Assembly: GCA_030390025.1 (NCBI GenBank)
Contig: CM059432.1
Coordinates: 150,414,001-150,478,000 of the forward strand
Reading direction: 5' to 3'
Length of the DNA stretch: 64,000 nucleotides
DNA from: Squalus acanthias
Lineage: Eukaryota
The notes under the pieces were generated by a model, which had not been told where the DNA came from, ran no database searches, and was given only the letters and a program-made list of their open reading frames with translations. Of the stretch, positions 47,285 to 59,726 are shown piece by piece. Each line of letters opens with the position of its first letter. Position 1 is the stretch's first letter. The position numbers were made by a program, and so were the translations under genes.

Positions 47285-48918
47285 AGGATATGGTGTTAAG
47301 GAAGCTAAAGGGATTGAAGGCGGACAAATCCCCAGGGCCTGATAACATGCATCCTAGGGTACTGAAGGAGGTGGCCCTAGAGATAGCGGATGCACTAAGT
47401 ATGATTTTTCAGAATTCATTAGACTCGGGCACAGTGCCCATGGATTGGAGGGTAGCTAACGTTACCCCACTATTCAAAAAGGGGGGTAGGGAAAAAGCAG
47501 GTAATTACAGACCTGTAAGCCTTACATCAGTTGTGGGCAAAATGCTGGAGTCCATCATTAAGGATGAAATAGCGGAGCACTTAGCAAATGGGGACAGGAT
47601 AGGACAGAGTCAACATGGATTTACAAAGGGTAAATCGTGCTTGACTAATCTATTGGAATTTTTTGAGGGAGTAACTGGTAAAATAGATGGGGGAGAGCCA
47701 GTAGATGTGGTGTACCTGGACTTCCAAAAGGCCTTCGATAAGGTCCCACATAAAAGATTAGCATGGAAAATTGAAGCTCATGGGATAAAGGGGAAAGTAT
47801 TGACGTGGATAGAGAACTGGCTGTCAGATAGAAAACAGAGAGTTGGAATAAATGGCTCATTTTCTGAAAGGCAGGCAGAAACAAGTGGGGTACCACAGGG
47901 ATCTGTCCTGGGTCCCCAGCTGTTCACAATTTACATTAATGACCTGGATCAGGGAGTCGGATGCAGCATTTCCAAATTTGCAGACGACACTAAACTCGGA
48001 GGGGGGGGGGGGGTGGGCTCAGAGGAGGAGACCAGGAAGCTCCAGAGCGATTTGGACAGACTGGGTGATTGGGCGGATAAATGGCAGATGCACTATAATG
48101 TGGACAAGTGCGAAGTTATCCACCTTGGGTGCAGGAACGGGAGGGCAAATTATTATTTAAATGGCAATAAATTGGGAGAGGGGGAAGTACAGAGAGACCT
48201 GGGTGTTCTTGTACACCAGTCACTGAAGGCGAGCATGCAGGTGCAACAGGCGGTCAAGAAGGCAAACGGTATGCTGGCCTTCATAGCAAAAGGGTTGGAA
48301 TACAGGAACAGGGATACCTTGCTGCAGCTGTACAGGGCACTGGTGAGACCACACCTCGAGTACTGTGTACAGTTTTGGTCGCCTCATCTGAGGAAAGATG
48401 TTCTTGCCATGGAGGGGGTGCAGCGGCGATTCACCAGGCTGATACCAGGAATGGCGGGATTGACCTATGAGGAGAGACTATGTAGTTTAGGGATGTACAC
48501 ACTGGAGTTTAGAAGATTGAGAGGGGACCTCATAGAAGTGTATAAAATTCTGACAGGTCTAGACAGACTAGATGCAGAAGGAATGTTTCCCTTGGCGGGT
48601 GAGAACAGAACTAGAGGACATAATTTAAGGATAAGGGCTAAACCATTTAGGACAGAAATGAGGGGGAATTTCTTCACTCAGAGGGTGGTGAACCTGTGGA
48701 ACTCATTGCCACAGAGGGCAGTGTACGCCAGCTCATTAAATATATTTAAGAGGGAATTAGATATATTTCTACAGGCAAAAGGGGTTAAGGGTTACGGAGA
48801 GAAGGCGGGGACGGGATACTGAATTGGAGGATCAGCCATGATCTCATTAAATGGCGGAGCAGGCTCGAAGGGCCGGATGGCCTACTCCTGCTCCTATCTT
48901 CTATGTATCTATGTATCT
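47285..48918 (+). mobile_element. Young 5'-truncated CR1 LINE
   Basis: Uninterrupted RT frame followed by 3' UTR and (ctatgtat)n tail. Confidence 0.95.
47290..48822 (+). CDS. CR1 ORF2 reverse transcriptase and C-terminus (510-aa open frame, truncated copy)
   Basis: [44 protein letters not shown]. Confidence 0.85.
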   Translation: MVLRKLKGLKADKSPGPDNMHPRVLKEVALEIADALSMIFQNSLDSGTVPMDWRVANVTPLFKKGGREKAGNYRPVSLTSVVGKMLESIIKDEIAEHLANGDRIGQSQHGFTKGKSCLTNLLEFFEGVTGKIDGGEPVDVVYLDFQKAFDKVPHKRLAWKIEAHGIKGKVLTWIENWLSDRKQRVGINGSFSERQAETSGVPQGSVLGPQLFTIYINDLDQGVGCSISKFADDTKLGGGGGVGSEEETRKLQSDLDRLGDWADKWQMHYNVDKCEVIHLGCRNGRANYYLNGNKLGEGEVQRDLGVLVHQSLKASMQVQQAVKKANGMLAFIAKGLEYRNRDTLLQLYRALVRPHLEYCVQFWSPHLRKDVLAMEGVQRRFTRLIPGMAGLTYEERLCSLGMYTLEFRRLRGDLIEVYKILTGLDRLDAEGMFPLAGENRTRGHNLRIRAKPFRTEMRGNFFTQRVVNLWNSLPQRAVYASSLNIFKRELDIFLQAKGVKGYGEKAGTGY

Positions 48919-49194
48919 AAGGCTACAGGTGTAATTGCTCTGCATTCTTGAAATGACTGCTTAGGGCCATTATGCGCTAGACTGGCTTTCAAAAAAGTCC
49001 AACATAGACTCAATGGTGACTCAGAGTGTAATTGTTGTTTTGACAAGGAACTGTGGAGTTTGGAGTGTGTTAGTTAGTTTTAGATTGCAGATGAGGAGCA
49101 TACAACGTTAAGATTGTTTTGCATCTGTAATAAAGTATGGCACCTGAAGTGTGATCCCTGCACAGGCAGACACACCATTTTTAATATATTGCAA

Positions 49195-49440
49195 CCAAGT
49201 TCCCCTCCAAGTCAGAACACCATCCTGACTTGGAAATATATCGGCCGTTACTTCATCGTCGCTGGGTCAAAATCCTGGAACTCCCTCCCGATCAGCACTC
49301 TGGGAGCACCTTCATCACACATACTGCAGCGGTTCAAGAAATCGGCTCACCACCACCTTCTCGAGGGCAATTAGGGATGGGCAATAAATGCTGGCCTTGC
49401 CAGTGATGCCCACATTCCATGAATGAATAATAAAAAAAAA
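49195..49440 (+). mobile_element. LINE family B 3' end
   Basis: Matches 62740-62974, including the hairpin tail and A-rich end. Confidence 0.85.
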
Positions 49441-49520
49441 CCTTTGTAGCACAGCTCAGAGTAAGTTAAGGGCATGTGCTGTTTCATAAGGATGGGATAT
49501 TAAACCATGCAAAACACAAT

Positions 49521-50254
49521 GGGGTAGAGTTTCCATTTGTTTATGCTACTAACATCAGCGCAATGCGGGGGGGGGGAAATCGGCCAAACCAGCGCAAAAG
49601 ATTGGGTAATTTTAAAAGGGAGTTACGCCTAAAACCACTTACATTCATGTTTTCTGTGATCTTTTATGCTGGTTTAAGATTCAATTCACCCGGATCAGGC
49701 CCTGCCCACAAAACTGGCCACACTCTCGGTAAAATTGCGAGATTGCCCTGGTTCAGGAAGGGTCTTCAAATTGCGCTCACTTTTTTATTTAGGCGCACAG
49801 GCACTAGTAGGAATTTTTAAAGTTTTTTCATATCAAAAAATATTTAATTTACTAAGAAACTGATTCGTGTACACCAATGAAACTAGTAAATGGTTCAGTA
49901 TAGTTTTTTTTTTAAAGCCATTTTCAGTGATTTAAGATGTGGTTACTCACAGTTGGAGGACTGGACACACTTAAAAATGCTTATTTTTGGTGATAACCCC
50001 ATTTTCAGCTCTATTAATAAAACTGCACCAGGTTACCACTCTTAAAACATCGAGGAATACTTTTTAATGGAAAGAAAAAAAGAAACAATTATGTTCTAAT
50101 ACGTTGCCCGATTGTGCTGGTTGATTGAAGAATTTACGTTTGTGATTATGCAAATGAATTTTATTGAAAACTTGAACTATAACCTAACCAGCGCAATTTC
50201 AAACATATTTTGGGCACAATTTCTTGATTGCGCCCAAAGCGGCAACTCTATTCC
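49521..50254. mobile_element. MITE with 3-bp TSD (AAT)
   Basis: TIRs ggggtagagtttcc / ggcaactctattcc, aat on both flanks. Confidence 0.75.
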
Positions 50255-51070
50255 AATATATTATTCTTCTGTTAAAGTGTAGGTATGAGTCCCTGTAGGC
50301 AACAAAGTCCAACTGTTGTTAAGAAACCAGTCGGTGAGTTCATGCAGAGGTCAATTGAAAAGACTAGATATTCTTGCTCTGGTATTTTGTATTCCTGGAG
50401 TGTTCCTTTGTTTCCTTATCCTTTTTTGACAGTGTGACACAGGAATTTCAGTGTGACAGTCAGGGAATGCTTTTCTTCCCTCTGTCTAACGGAGGACCTC
50501 CAGTAAACAATTGAAATTGATGCATAATCAAAATTCTCTATTTGCATTCCTGCTACCTGGTATAATTGAAGTAGTTGATCTACTAGCTGATCTGGTGGCT
50601 CTAAGCTTCCTCATGTATCCACTGTGACTCCAAAGCCTGGACCAGAGACAGGTGCTTAAACGATCTCCCTCCAGAAGCAGCTCCAGCATGGCGAGCTAAA
50701 AGCAGCATGTGCATATCTCCACCATCCTGTCAGCAGGCTCTGGAGTGCTGATCTCAGTGGAGCTGCTGGCTTGAAAATCAATAGAGATCTTGTTTTTTTA
50801 ATATTCTACTGCACCTGTGAGCAGAAAACATGTCACATCTAACACCAGCTAGTAACTAGTTTGTGCAAGATAACTGAAAGGTGTAATGGTACTATTTTGA
50901 TTAAATAAATCCAGATTGGACACAACCTGCTATCTTGGCCACCTTAAGGATTTATGGTCAATTTTTAAGTTATATTTGGCCAACTTGTCATATTTTCACT
51001 CCACTGTGATGTTATTACTTGTAGACAATATTATATTTTAAAAATGGAATGAATGTTTTAGCTCTTTAAT

Positions 51071-51987
51071 GGCAGCGGTGAGAGGATAAAGAGCTGCCCG
51101 AGAGCGGACCTGAATTAAGGCAGTGGCGAGAGGACAAAGAGCGGCGAGAGGATAGAGAGCGGCCCGAGAGCGGAGCTGAATTAAAGCAGCGGCAGCGGCG
51201 AGAGGATAAAGAGCGGCCCGAGAGCGGAACTGAATTAAAGCAGTGACAGCGGCGAGAGGATAAAGAGCGGCCCGAGAGCAGACCTGAATTAAAGCAGTGA
51301 CAGCGGCGAGAGGATAAAGAGCGGCCCGAGAGCGGACCTGAATTAAAGCAGCGACAGAGGATAAAGAGCAGCCCGAGAGCGGACCTGAATTAAAGCAGTG
51401 ACAGCGGCGAGAGGATAAAGAGCGGCCCGAGAGCGGTGCTGAATTAAAGCAGTGGTGAGAGGATAAAGAGCGGCCCGAGAGCGGAGCTGAATTAAAGCAG
51501 TGGTGAGAGGATAAAGAGCAGCCCGAGAGCGGACCTGAATTAAAGCAGCGGCGAGAGGATAAAGAGCGGCCCGAGAGCAGAGCTGAATTAAATCAGTGGC
51601 AGCGGCGAGAGGATAAAGAGCGGCCCGAGAGCGGAGCTGAATTAAAGCAGCGGCAGCGGCGAGAGGATAAAGTGCGGCCCGAGAGCGGAGCTGAATTAAA
51701 GCAGTGGCGAGAGGATAAAGAGCGGCCCGAGAGCGGACCTGAATTAAATCAGTGACAGCGGCGAGAGGATAAAGAGCGGCCCGAGAGCGGAGCTGAATTA
51801 AAGCAGCGGCAGCGGCGAGAGGATAAAGAGCGGCCCGAGAGCGGACCTGAATTAAGGCAGTGGCGAGAGGACAAAGAGCGGCGAGAGGATAAAGAGCGGC
51901 CCGAGAGCGGAGCTGAATTAAAACAGTGACAGCGGCGAGAGGATAAAGAGCGGCCCGAGAGCGGAGCTGAATTAAAGCAGCAGCAGC
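51071..51987 (+). repeat. CpG-rich tandem array, 17 units of mostly 48/54 bp, at the 5' end of a full-length CR1
   Basis: Unit ggcgagaggataaagagcggcccgagagcgga(g/c)ctgaattaaagcag(t/c)[gacagc]. Confidence 0.95.
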
Positions 51988-52228
51988 GCACGGCTCCGAT
52001 TCAAAAACAAAAATCAAAGAGTGACATCACAGGAGAGCAGGTAGGGGACAGCTTTTTTTGGCTCTCTAAGTTAGGGAAAGGGGTAAATTAAGAGCTGAAA
52101 AACTGTAACTTGCTAGTACTTATTAAATTAATAACTTAAACTAGATAAAATAATCAAACAATAAAACTAAAATATTGATCGAATAAAAGCTTTAACTAAT
52201 TAATAAATAAAATAAAACCAGGTTAGAG

Positions 52229-53146
52229 ATGGCAGGGCAGGTGGTGTGTCGTAACTGCAGCATGTGGGAGTATGTGGCAAGCATCACGATCCCGAACAAC
52301 CACATCTGCAGTTAAGTGTCTGCAACTCGAGGATCTTTGGCTCAGAATTGTTGAGCTGGAGTACGAGCTGCAGACATTGCGATGCATCAGGGAGAGGGAG
52401 TGTTACATGGACACTTTGTTCCAGGAGGCAGTCTTAGGTTAAGTAGTACTTTAGAATTCGTCAGTGGTCATGGACAGGAGGGTGTGACTGCGAGTCAGGA
52501 AGGTATGGGGACCCAGGATGTAGTGATGGAGGAGCCTCAGCCTTGTCCAACAGGTACGAGGTACTTGCTACCTGTATGAATGAGGAAAAGGACTGCAGGG
52601 AGGATGGGCAAACTGACAATGGCACCATGGTACAGAAGACCATCCAAGTGGGGGAAGGAAGGAATGTGGTAGTGGTAGGGGACAGTATAGTCAGGAGGAC
52701 AGACACTGTTCTCTGCAGCCGCGAAAGAGTCCCAAAGGCTGTGTTGCCTGCCCGGTGCCAGGATTAAGGATACCTCCTCGTGGCTGGAGAAGAACGTGGA
52801 GTCGGCGGGGGAGGATCCAGTTGTTGTGGTCCATGTAGGAACCAACGGCATAGGTAGAACTAAGAATGAGGTTCTGCTGAGGGAGTTTGAGGAGCGAGGA
52901 TCTAAATTAATAAGCAGAACCTCAAGAGTAATAATCTCTGGATTACTACCTGAGCCACGCGCAAATTGGCATAGGGTCAAGCAGATCAGAGAGTTAAATG
53001 CGTGGCTCAAAGAGTGGTGTGGGAAGAAGGGGTTTCAATTCATGGGGCACTGGCACCAGTACTGGGGAAAGAGGGAGTTGTTCTGGCGGGATGGGCTCCA
53101 CTTAAACCGGGATGGGACCAGCGTCCTGGCGAAGCGCAATAACTAG
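52229..53146 (+). pseudogene. CR1 ORF1: Cys zinc finger, coiled coil and SGNH/GDSL esterase-like domain
   Basis: VCRNCSMW...ICS/KCLQLE, VVVVGDSIVR, VVVHVGTNG, DGLHLN; frameshifted. Confidence 0.88.
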
Positions 53147-55804
53147 GGCTGTAGAGGGTCAGGTGAGGGGAAATTTAGAAATCTAAAGAAAAAGATCAAG
53201 GCAATAGAGCAGTGTAGCAATTTGGGTAAAAATAAGCAGAATGTGACAGGAAGGGACAGAGTTTAACGGTAGCAGTGCAGCAGAGAATAAGGTCAAAGCA
53301 GGGAATAATGGTGAAAAATTTAAATGAAAGGCTCTTTATCTGAATGCACAAAGCATTCGTAACAAGATAGATGAACTAGTGGCACAAATAGAGATAAATG
53401 TGTTTGATTTAATAGGCATTACAGAGACGTGGTTGCAAGGTGACCAAGGTTGGGAACTAAATGTTCCAGGGTGCTTGACGTTTCAAAAGACAGGCAGAAA
53501 GGAAAAGGATGGGGGTAGCCCTGATAATAAACGATGACAAGGACAGTAGAGAGAAAGGATCTTGGCTCGGAAGATCAGGAAGTAGAATCAGTGTGTGTGG
53601 AGATAAGGAATAACAAGGGGCAGAAAACACTGGCAGGGAGTAGTATATAGACCCCCTAACAGTAGCTATACCGTTGGACAGAATATTAATCAAGAAATAG
53701 TAGCAGCTTGCAACAAAGGTAATGCAATAATCGTGGGGGACTTTAATCTTCATATAGACTGGAAAAATCAAATTGGCAAAGGTAGTCTGGAGGACGAGTT
53801 CGTGGAATGCATTCGGAGCAGTTTCCTAGAATACGTCACGGAACCAACCAGGGTACAGGCTATTTTAGATCTTGTATTGTGTAATGAGACAGGGTTAATT
53901 AGCAATCTCATAGTAAAGGATCCTCTGGGGCAGAGTGATCATAATATGATAGAATTTCATATTAAGTTTGAGAGTGACTTGCCTAAGTCTGAAACTAGAG
54001 TCTTAAACTTAAATAAAGCCAATTACATAGGTATGAGGGGCGAGTTGGCTACAGTAGATTGGAAAAATAGATTAAAAGGTATGGCGGTAGATAAGCAATG
54101 GCTAGCATTTAAAGAAATACTTCATAATTCTCAACAAAAATACATTCCATTAAGAAACAAAAATTGCACGGGAAAAGTGATCCATCCGTGGCTAACTAAA
54201 GAAGTTAAGGATAGCATTAGATTGAAAGAAGAAGCTTATAATGTTGCGAAGAATAGTAGTAAGCCTAAGGGTTGGGGGAGTTTCAGAAACCAGCAAAGGA
54301 TAACCAAAAATTTGATAAAAAGGGAAAAAATAGAATGAGAGAAAACTAGCAAGAAATATAAAAGTAGATTGTAAGAGCTTCTACAAGTATGTAAAAAGGA
54401 AGAGAGTAGCAAAAGTAAACGTTGGTCCCTTAGAGGCTGAGACAGGAGAAATTATTATGGGGAATAAGGAAATGGCAGAAACGTTAAACCAATAGTTTGT
54501 ATCTGTCTTCACAGTAGAAGACACAAAAAGCATACCAAAAATGGTGGGGAACCAAGGGTCTAATGAGGGTGAAGAACTTAACGTAATTAATATAAGTAGA
54601 GAAAAAGTACTAGAGAAACTAATGGGACTAAAAGCCAACAAATCCTCTGGGCCTGATGGCCTACATCCTGGGGTTCTAAAAGAGGTGGCTGCAAAGATCG
54701 AGAATGCATTGGTTTTGATCTTCCAAAATTCCCTAGATTCTAGAATGGTCCCAGCAGATTGGAAGGTAGCAAATGCAACATTGCTGTTCAAGAAAGGAGG
54801 GAGAGAGAAAACAGGGAACTACAGGCCAGTTAACCTGACATCAGTCGTCGGGAAAATGCTGGAATCCACTGTTAAGGACGTGGTATCAGGGCAATTAGAA
54901 AATCATAATATGATTAGGCAGAGTCAACATGGTTTTATGAAAGGGAAATCATGTTTGACAAATTTATTAGAGCTTTTTGAGGATGTAACTAGCAAGGTAG
55001 ATAAAGGAGAACCAGTGGATGTAGTATATTTGGATTTCCAAAAGGCATTCGATAAGGTGCCACATAAAAGGTTATTACACAAGATAAGGGCTCACGGGGG
55101 TGGGGGTAATATAGTAGCATGGATAGAGGATTGGTTAACAGACAGAAGAGAGAGTAGGGATAAACGGGTCATTTTCAGGTTGGCAGGCTATAACTAGTGG
55201 GGTGTCACAAGGATCAATGCTGGGACCTCAGCTATTGACAATCTATATTAATGACCTAGATGAAGGGACCGAGTGTAATGTATCCAAGTTTGCTGATGAT
55301 ACAAAGCTAGGTGGGACAGTAAGCTGTGAGGAGAACAAAGAGTCTGCAAAGGGATATAGATAGACTAAATGATTGGGCAGTAAGGTGGCAGATAGAGTAT
55401 AATGTAGGGAAATGTGAGGTTATTCACTTTGGGAGGAAGAATAGAAAAACAGAATAGTTTTTAAATGGTGAGAAACTTTTAAATGTTGGTGTTCAGAGAG
55501 ATTTGGGTGTCCTCGTGCAAGAAACACAGAAAGCTAGCATGCAGGTACAACAATCAATAAGGAAGGCAAATGGCATGTTGGCCTTTATTGCAAGGGGGTT
55601 GGAGTATAAGAGTAAGGAAGTCTTATTACATTGTACAGGGCCTTGGTGAGACCACATCTGGAGTACTGTGCACAGTTTTGGTCTCCTAAGGAAGGATATA
55701 CTTGCCTTGGAGGCGGTGCAACGAAGATTCACTAGATTGATTCCTGGGATGAGAGGGCTGTCGTATGATGAGAGATTGTGTAGAATGGGCTATATTCTCT
55801 GGAG

Positions 55805-55878
55805 GCAAGGTTAATTAGGGATGGGCAATAAATGCTGGCTTTGCCAGCGACGCCCACATCCCATAAACGAATAAAAAA
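55805..55878 (+). mobile_element. About 70-bp family-B LINE/SINE tail inserted in CR1 ORF2
   Basis: aattagggatgggcaataaatgctggctttgccagcgacgcccacatccc...aataaaaaa splits ctggag|tttagaag. Confidence 0.85.
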
Positions 55879-57353
55879 AGTTTAGAAGAATGAGAGGTGA
55901 TCTCATTGAAACATACAAGATTCTGAAGGGGATTGTCAGGGTAGATGCTGAGAGGTTGTTTCCCTGGCTGGAGAGTCCAGAACTAGGGGGCATTGTCTCA
56001 GGATAAGGGGTAGGCCATTTAAGACTGAGATGAGGAGGAATTTCTTCACTCAGAGGGTTGTGAATCTTTGGAATTCCCTGTCCCAGAGGGCTGTGAATGC
56101 TGAGTCTTTGAGTATATTCAAGGCTGAGATAGATAGATTTTTGGACTCTCGGGGAATCAAGGGACATGGAGGTCGGGCAGGAAAGTGGTGTTGAGGTCGA
56201 TGATCAGCCATGATTTTATTGAATGGCGGAGCAGGCTCGAGGGGCCTTATGGTCTACTCCTGATCCTATTTCTTATGTTCTTATATTCTTAGTCACTAAT
56301 ACTTAAACCATTCCTGCTATTTTATGGTCTGCATCAAATCTCGTTTTACCTTAAACTTGCACTACCCCACATAATCTTGACAAATAAGTTATTTTTTCCC
56401 TCTGCTTATCTAGGTCTCATTATGCTATCCATAGTTTAGAGGGCAAACATGTGACCTGCTCTCAGGCCTCTGCTAATATTACTCAGAGACTGATGGTGGG
56501 ATGAGTAAGAAACTGATGCTGGGATAACTCCGATTCTTTTCTTCCTCCAGGGAAAGAGAGCGTGCACTTTCCTGCTAGTTGGTAAGCTGTAGAAATCAAC
56601 CTGACCTACAATAATTTCTCCAAAAATTGCATTTGAAAAACAATACTTGGCAATCGTCAGCTTTTAAAACATTTTAGAATCCTAGAAAATGGGAGATATT
56701 ATTCTATCACTGCCCACAATATCACAGTGAGCTACTACTGTATCTATCACTACCTGTATTAGTGAATTACTACTGTATCAAACATTACAGTGCCATCAGG
56801 AAAATGAGCACAGAATGCTTCAGACGATTCGATGTTCCTTTGTTACCTGTGTTGCTGCTCGCAGTGCCAGTCTCTGTACTTTCACAAGATGCTGCCATCA
56901 GCCTCTTTGATGGTGACAATGCAAAAATTAAGTAAAGCCATAAGCCACTAGTGAGCCCTGCTTGAGGCTAGTGATGGGTGCAATAAATCAGTTACATATA
57001 AACAAAGTCCCACCAGTGACCCCTATGAAGGAACAAACATGTTACATGTGAACATTAGAGGCATAGAGTCATAGGGCTGGATTTTGTCAGTGTGGGCGGG
57101 CTGGGGCGTGTCAGGTGGAAATCATGTCAGGACCCCGACTCCTAAGTGATGTGTTGAAAAAGTGGGATTTTCTCCTAATTGGGCAATTGATTTCCTGCGT
57201 GTGGGAACCCCTGGCCCAATGAGTCTTTTCATACAGAAAGTCGCCTCCGATGACGTCAACAAAGCTGTTGGATTTAAGGCCTGCAAGCAGCCTTGATTCT
57301 TCTGGAGACTGCAAAGGCTCTGCAATTTATCTGAAGGAGTTGAATTGTGGAAA

Positions 57354-59273
57354 ATGTCAACGATCAAGCAAAAGTGTGCTCCTCGGTTTGATGAGCCCTC
57401 CCTCCAAGCTCTGGTGCACGGAGCCAGCTGTAATAAGGAGGTGCTGTTCCCTTCCTCAGGGAGAAAAAAGCCACCCCAGCAGACAAAAGCTGTGTGGCTA
57501 CAAGTGGCCCAGGAGGTCAACTCCATTTCAATGAGCCGCAGAACCTGGCTGCAATGCAGGAAGAGGTTTCATGACCTTCTCCGCACAGGAAAAGTGAGTA
57601 TGACTTTCCCATCACCCTCAATCTGATCCCCATCGCCTCTCCTCACCAGCACTCTGCTTTGCCAACCTCTTCCTCCACATCCCACTTGACACTTACATCT
57701 CTGCACCCTTACCCATTCCCTCTCTGTATGTTCACATTCACTTAACTATTCCACCATGCAGCCCTCACACTCCCTATCACTGTGATGCCATGACAACAAC
57801 AACTTACCACACACAGGGAGGGTCCTTTGTATCCTTCTAAGCATCTATGCTATGCATTCACTACAGTCACTCCTTCATTCTCACTCAAACTCCACTTGTG
57901 TCCCTCATTGCAGGAAAAGAGAGCCCACAATAAGAGGGAAAGAGCCATGACAGGAGGAGGGCCACCCTCAGTAGCCCAGTTCAACTCCTGGGAGGAGGCG
58001 GCCCTGGAAATTGCCGGGATCGAGGAGGATTCCCAAGTGGGGGACGGACAGACGGACACATCACAGCAAGCTGGTGACAGAATAGTTTGGAATCTCTCTC
58101 ATTGACATAGCATGAGTCACTGATAAGTCAATCTGTTAGAGCATCAGAATCATTATGATCATCTGCAATATTCAATGTAACCTTGGCCTCACATCTCTAA
58201 CTCTTTCCTTTACTTCCCCACAGGACCATCGAAAGCCCCCGTCCCCACTATCCAGGAGGAACAGCCTCAGCCTCCTGACTCCTCAGAGGAAGCAGCGTCA
58301 GCAGAATTCAGCGCACCCAGCACCAGCGCAGACACTCACACCTTGGTGGGACCTTCGCGAGATAGAGTAGTGTTGGCACCTGGTGTATCACAGCTCACAA
58401 GTGAGCATCAGCAGATGGTGGAGACAGGGACAGCAGTGGAGAGTCCTCGTCGGAGGGCGCAGGACTCTATCAGCTCGGCTCCGCTGCATGTCGACCCTGT
58501 GCCTCCGGGTCCATCCAGAAGAAGGGCGATGCTGGAACTCCAGGAACAGGTGCAGGAGTCTCTGGCAGGTTTTGTCTCCAGGGTCGCTGCGAGTGTGGAG
58601 TGAATGGAGGAGTCCATCTTGAACATGAGCAGAGCCTTTGTGGAGGCATTGGCGCATGAACGCATCACCGCGGAAAGGATGGCTAACTCCGTGGTAAGGC
58701 TGGCTACCATAGAGGAGAGGATGGCTACGTCCATGGAGGAGCTTAGTCGCCAGGGTATTGAAAACATGGTCATTGTTCAGAATAGAATGACATCTCTTGA
58801 GGAGCAATGGTCAGCTATTGAGCAGATAAAGCTGACCTTCATGCAAGTCCTCTGGAGTAGGGCTTCCAGTGCAGAAACAGGTCCTCATGGCCCCCCCTGC
58901 AGTGCAGCAAGGTGCTGTCAAGCCACTTGCTAGCTCTAAAGTAGGGCTGACCCATGAATGGGATGTTGGTGGCAGACAACAAGGAAGTGGGGGCTCCTCT
59001 CCAAGCGCTCACACGACCATGCCACAGCAAAGCCCTCAGTCAGAGCCCCATCAGAGTCCTCACCCAACTGAGAGCGGCGTCTCAGCCCCTGCACAGCCGC
59101 AGGAGCAGCAGACTGTTGGCGAGCCCGCACAGGTTCGCCACCCCAGAGGACGCCCGCCAAAGGCGTCGAGACAGGAGCAGCAAGAGAGTGAGTGAGGGGC
59201 CTCCACATCTGCTGAAGCCACAGGGGAAGCACCACGTAGGAGCACGTGTAAGAGGAAGATAAAGCACACGTAG
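57354..59273 (+). pseudogene. Harbinger Myb/SANT gene, 3 exons (57354-57593, 57914-58073, 58224-59273), near intact
   Basis: Exons splice in frame. RTWLQCRKRFHDL, coiled coil, PRGRPPK and basic end RRSTCKRKIK. TGA at 58601 and 59193, one frameshift near 58895. Confidence 0.87.
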
Positions 59274-59529
59274 TCACAAGGGTAGTCACTTGGGTGCTGT
59301 GTAGTTTTGTTTTTGGACCAGACATCATTGTGATTGTATTATAAAGTGTTTTGATGGCAAACTGTTGAAGTTGTGGCCTGTCATTTCGCAAATGGGACTT
59401 TCACATTGAGGGCTCAGGGTGCCTTGCGATTGTCAGAATGGTGGTCAGAGTGATAGGATTCTGCAGGTTCTTGTCCATTGTCGATGCTCTGGTAAGAAGG
59501 AGCGAGACTAAAGTGTTTGATTGTGCAGG

Positions 59530-59726
59530 CTAAGCAAATCTGGCCAGGATGAGTGCGTCCCTTGCATCCCGGGCAGCAATGTTGTTGCGCGCTGGCGCCT
59601 TCTAGCCTGTGCATCTTCAGGTGGGTGACTAGCAGCTTGGCGCTCCTGTTGATGCTCCTGCTGTTGCTGCGGCTGGTCTTCGTCCGAATCTGATGTCCAG
59701 GAGGAAAGGAATTAAATGGTCGCCAT
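59530..59726 (-). pseudogene. Transposase remnant: N-terminus fused to extreme C-terminus
   Basis: aagcATG...SDSDEDQPQQQQEHQ joined to IAARDARDALILARFA*; compare IAAQEARDGLIMARFT* at 31339. Confidence 0.75.

Larger units (their letters stand above)
51988..56290 (+). mobile_element. Apparently full-length CR1 LINE (5' UTR, ORF1, ORF2, tail), disabled
   Basis: ORF1, then ORF2 APE (YLNAQSI, ITETWL, GDFN, SDH) and RT, then a (ttcttatg)n tail. Confidence 0.93.

Noticed and set aside
51071..51987. CRISPR-like appearance of the array
   Set aside because: No unique spacers and no cas genes, and the context is eukaryotic.
51343..52017. 224-aa minus-strand repetitive ORF (LIQLRSRAALYPL)n
   Set aside because: By-product of tandem units whose lengths are multiples of 3; antisense to the CR1, with no other coding evidence.
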